Assembly (NCBI GenBank): GCA_963823335.1
Contig: CAWGLD010000001.1
Coordinates: 128,001-192,000, forward strand
DNA: 64,000 nucleotides
DNA from: an uncultured delta proteobacterium
Lineage (GTDB): Bacteria; Desulfobacterota; Desulfobacteria; Desulfobacterales; B30-G6
Direction of reading: 5' to 3'
Both the position numbers and the translations under genes were made by a program. The notes below the pieces were generated by a model. It made no database searches and was not told where the DNA came from. It worked only from the letters and a program-made list of their open reading frames with translations. Each line of letters opens with the position of its first letter. Within the stretch, counting starts at the first letter, position 1. Positions 60,578 to 64,000 of this stretch are shown piece after piece.

Positions 60578-61069
60578 ATGCCGATATACGAATTTTTTTG
60601 CCAGGACTGCAACACGATTTTCAATTTTTTTTCCCGCACGGTGAATACGACCAAGACACCCAAGTGCCCAAGATGTAAGAATAAACTGTCCAGACAGGTA
60701 TCACAATTCGCCTTCACCGGCAGGGCCAGGGAAGCCGGAGACATGGATGACCTCCCCATCGATGAGAGCAAGATGGAACAGGCCATGGGCATGCTGGCAA
60801 AGGAAGCCGAAGGGTTGGATCAGGAAGATCCCAAGCAGGCTGCAAATCTGATGCGCAAGCTGTCCGACATGACCGGGTTGAAACTCGGACCGGGCATGGA
60901 TGAAGCCTTGCAACGCATGGAAAAAGGTGAGGATCCAGAACAGCTCGAGGCAGAAATGGGCGACCTGCTGGAAAACGAAGATCCCTTTATTCTGCCCGAA
61001 AAAAAGGGTGGACGGACGAAGTCCGGACAAAGAAAGCCCTTTAAAGATGAAACGCTTTATGACTTATAG
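60578..61069 (+). CDS. FmdB-family zinc-ribbon protein
   Basis: MPIYEFFCQDC...CPRC. Confidence 0.85.
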   Translation: MPIYEFFCQDCNTIFNFFSRTVNTTKTPKCPRCKNKLSRQVSQFAFTGRAREAGDMDDLPIDESKMEQAMGMLAKEAEGLDQEDPKQAANLMRKLSDMTGLKLGPGMDEALQRMEKGEDPEQLEAEMGDLLENEDPFILPEKKGGRTKSGQRKPFKDETLYDL

Positions 61070-61144
61070 CTTTTAGCCATAAGCGATAAGCTGCTTACTG
61101 CTTACTACTTGCTGCTTACTTCCTACTGCTCAGAGAAAACTACG

Positions 61145-61696
61145 ATGTCATCCAATCCCTTCGATAGAATAACGATATTCCAGGGAGACATCACCACCCT
61201 GGCGGTGGATGCAATTGTCAATGCGGCCAACACCTCCCTACTAGGTGGTGGCGGTGTCGACGGGGCCATACACCGGGCAGCCGGCCCCGGTCTCCTGGCC
61301 GAGTGCCGAACCCTCACCGGATGCCCCGCCGGAGAAGCCCGGCTGACACGGGGCTACAACCTCCCTGCCAGATACGTCATCCATACCGTGGGACCCATTT
61401 ACAGCGGCAGACCATCGGATCCGCATCTCCTGCGGAGTTGTTATGAAAAAAGTTTTCAGCTCGCCCTGGACGCCCGGCTTGAGACCATTGCCTTTCCAGC
61501 CATCAGCTGTGGTGTCTACGGCTACCCCATAGAAGAGGCTGCAACAATCGCCATCGATACCACAATGCAATATATAAATAAAACCGGATCGTTAAGCATG
61601 GTAACATTCGTGCTCTTCTCCCGAAATGACTTCGATCTCTATGCAAAGTTGTTGAAAACCCGATCTGCATCACCCCTCACGAAATGTTCGAGTTGA
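61145..61696 (+). CDS. Macrodomain protein (O-acetyl-ADP-ribose deacetylase, YmdB-like)
   Basis: [37 protein letters not shown]. Confidence 0.92.
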   Translation: MSSNPFDRITIFQGDITTLAVDAIVNAANTSLLGGGGVDGAIHRAAGPGLLAECRTLTGCPAGEARLTRGYNLPARYVIHTVGPIYSGRPSDPHLLRSCYEKSFQLALDARLETIAFPAISCGVYGYPIEEAATIAIDTTMQYINKTGSLSMVTFVLFSRNDFDLYAKLLKTRSASPLTKCSS

Positions 61697-61840
61697 CCTT
61701 GTTTGCTAAAATGTTCGGGTTACCAAGATGACAAAAACACGTCTGAAAAGCGTGTTTCATGTTGACAAAACCGGATGTGGTGAATAGTTTCTCAACAACC
61801 TTAATTACGGGACATAATTTTTGCAGTTTAGGAGGATATC

Positions 61841-62158
61841 ATGTTTGAAGTTACTGAGGCAGCTACTGAGCAAATTACAGAATATTTCAAAGGCAAGGAA
61901 GCATCCCCTATTCGGATATTTCTGAATGAAGGCGGATGAGGCGGTCCGGGACTTGCAATGGCTCTGGATGAGCCAAAAGACACGGACGAGGTTTACGAAG
62001 TGGACGGCTATAAATACCTGGTCAATAAAGAGTTCATGCAAAAAGCGGCACCCATCAAAGTTGATTTTGCCATGTACGGTTTCAAGCTTGACTCTGCTAT
62101 GGATTTCGGTTCAGGATGCGGCAGTTGCAGCACAGAAGGCAGCTGTTGCTCGACATAA
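61841..62158 (+). CDS. HesB/IscA-like selenoprotein (in-frame UGA at codon 33)
   Basis: GGAGG RBS, MFEVTEAA...NEGG*GGPGLAMALDEP; TGA at 61937-61939 followed by a hairpin. Confidence 0.85.
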
Positions 62159-62172
62159 GGTTTTTTTAAAAG

Positions 62173-62209
62173 AAAAAGGGCAGCACACAGGGTGTTGCCC
62201 TTTTTTTTT
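62173..62209 (+). terminator. Rho-independent terminator
   Basis: AAAAAGGGCAGCAC-acagg-GTGTTGCCCTTTTTTTTT. Confidence 0.85.
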
Positions 62210-62234
62210 AGCCATAGGGTTTTAAGGAGGCTTC

Positions 62235-62954
62235 ATGTCCGCCATAGAATACGATGTCCACGAAAACATTGCCGTCATTACCATGAAAGCCGGAGAGAAT
62301 CGCTTCAACCCATCTTTTCTTGAAGAATTTCTAAAGGTGCTGGATCGGGTCGAAAAAAAGACCAAGGCCAAAACAGTGGTGGTCACATCAGCCCATGAAA
62401 AAATTTTTTCCAACGGCATCGACCTCGAATGGCTCGTTCCGGTGTTGCAGGAAAACGATGTCGAAACTGCCAAGGCTTTTTTCTACCAGCTGAATTCGCT
62501 TTTCAAACGTCTCGTCACCTATCCCATGCTCACCATTGCATCCATCAACGGGCATGCCTTTGCCGGTGGTGCCATTCTCTGCTGTGCCTTCGACTTTCGA
62601 TTCATGCGCTCAGACAGGGGCTTTTTCTGTTTCCCGGAAGTTGATCTCGGAATCCCCTTTCTCCCGGGCATGAACGCGCTCCTGAAAAAGGCCATCCCCA
62701 TGTATAAGCTCGAAGAAATGGAGTATACCGGAAGCCGTCTCACGGCTTACGACTGCCAGGAGCACCACATCGTCACCAAGGCTTGTCGTCTCAATGCGCT
62801 CATGGACGATGTCATGGAATTTGCGAAAACCCTGAACAAAAACAGGCCCATCGTGAAGGAAATGAAAGGTCGGTTGAACAAAGAGATTGTCCGTATCCTC
62901 GAGGAAGAGGATGTTCCCTATATCGAGTCGGGGCAGTTTAACATCAAGGCTTAA
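62235..62954 (+). CDS. Enoyl-CoA hydratase/isomerase family protein
   Basis: FSNGIDL, INGHAFAGG, PEVDLG. Confidence 0.88.
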   Translation: MSAIEYDVHENIAVITMKAGENRFNPSFLEEFLKVLDRVEKKTKAKTVVVTSAHEKIFSNGIDLEWLVPVLQENDVETAKAFFYQLNSLFKRLVTYPMLTIASINGHAFAGGAILCCAFDFRFMRSDRGFFCFPEVDLGIPFLPGMNALLKKAIPMYKLEEMEYTGSRLTAYDCQEHHIVTKACRLNALMDDVMEFAKTLNKNRPIVKEMKGRLNKEIVRILEEEDVPYIESGQFNIKA

Positions 62955-63050
62955 CCGATAGCTTATTAGGCATATAGGCTGTAGGCTGTTAGGGGTTGGT
63001 GAGTATGAGAGTTAAAAACTGCAAACGGTCAGCGGCTAATAGCCTACAGC

Positions 63051-64000
63051 CTATTGGTCTATAGGGGTCCTTTTACGGATCACATAAGATATATTCAGTC
63101 GATCTTTTGAATTCCCGCCGACCTTCAAAGATGCCGGTGTCAGAGTGACCTTGACCGTCATGGTTCCCGATGCCTTCAAATTGTCAAGAGCGACCTTTTC
63201 GGTATACATGGTGGCTATCTGATCTAGAATATTGCTGCCCCCCACCACCGTGATCCGATCCGGTTCCAATGAGACCTCCTCGAGAATCAGGTCTTCTGCC
63301 AGCTTCCCAGACCAGTCCACCTGAAGCGGCAGCTCCTTGACAATCGGAATATCCAGGGTCACATCCACCACCGGCGTATCCACCTTTCGCAAGACAATGC
63401 CGGGAGGAAGCGTGACATTCTCGGCCGTAATCGTGTAAGCGTTGAGGCCGACGACAGCTTTTGCCAGGTCGACCCGAACCTTTACCTGATCCGGTCGAAT
63501 GGATTTGAGCAGGGTGCCTCCCCCGCTCAGATCCAGACTGACACTGTTGAGAGAAGAGGCAATCAGCTCCATTCTTGGGTCCCGATTCATATATTCTATG
63601 GGAACCTCCAGTGTTGCCAGGGTTTCGAGACCTCTGGAAAAACTGAACCACGTCCCAGCCACAAACAGAAAAATTGCCATGGCCGCAAGAACGAGATTCA
63701 GCTTGTCCCTTTCTCTCAGTCCTGTGTAATCACTCGATATCCCTGTATTGGCACGCAATATCTTTTCGAGTTCGATATTGTTGCTGATCTCTTTTACCTG
63801 GTCGCCCTTCACGCTGACAACCTTGCCGCTCTCTTCCGAAACCAGTATAATGAGCGCATCGGTATTTTCGGCAAGACCCAGAGCGGCCCTGTGGCGGGTG
63901 CCATATGAAGACGGCAGATCACTCCTCCGGGAAAGTGGAAGGATCGCCCCCACCTCGACAATTTGATCCCCCTGAATGATGGCAGCCCCGTCATGAACCG
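63051..64000 (-). CDS. Diadenylate cyclase (CdaA/DacA) fused to a YbbR/CdaR-like domain; 5' end outside the window
   Basis: HDGA and YGTRHRAALG, VSEESG, a TM segment, then a YbbR-like beta-rich region. Confidence 0.85.
   Translation of the reverse strand, partial: VHDGAAIIQGDQIVEVGAILPLSRRSDLPSSYGTRHRAALGLAENTDALIILVSEESGKVVSVKGDQVKEISNNIELEKILRANTGISSDYTGLRERDKLNLVLAAMAIFLFVAGTWFSFSRGLETLATLEVPIEYMNRDPRMELIASSLNSVSLDLSGGGTLLKSIRPDQVKVRVDLAKAVVGLNAYTITAENVTLPPGIVLRKVDTPVVDVTLDIPIVKELPLQVDWSGKLAEDLILEEVSLEPDRITVVGGSNILDQIATMYTEKVALDNLKASGTMTVKVTLTPASLKVGGNSKDRLNISYVIRKRTPIDQ

Overview
Bacterial chromosome window whose gene content and repeat style suggest an anaerobic Desulfobacterota (Desulfobacterales-like) organism; this is an inference. 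It has three parts. (1) 1-10.8 kb is a sigma-54-controlled catabolic operon: a PAS-bEBP activator, an SDR, a LIV-type ABC transporter and two acyl-CoA synthetases. (2) About 10.9-41.9 kb is a mosaic, largely AT-richer accessory region ending at the 3' end of tRNA-Phe(GAA). It holds three paralogous class III cyclase-TolB-like-TPR genes with shared spacers, several integrase relics, IS110 and IS21 fragments, and an amber-containing (pyrrolysine-type) mttB. It also holds a tyrosine recombinase split by an A9 tract. The recombinase's flanking sequences recur at least five more times as spacers between single cargo genes, an integron-like arrangement without canonical IntI/attC. (3) 42-64 kb is mostly housekeeping (rsmE, valS, nadC, lepA, leuCD, ndk). 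It also encodes a PopZ-like acidic repeat protein, a rhomboid-DnaJ_C fusion, a PAS-containing NhaD antiporter, a HesB-like selenoprotein and a CdaA-CdaR fusion. All calls were made by eye, without database searches.
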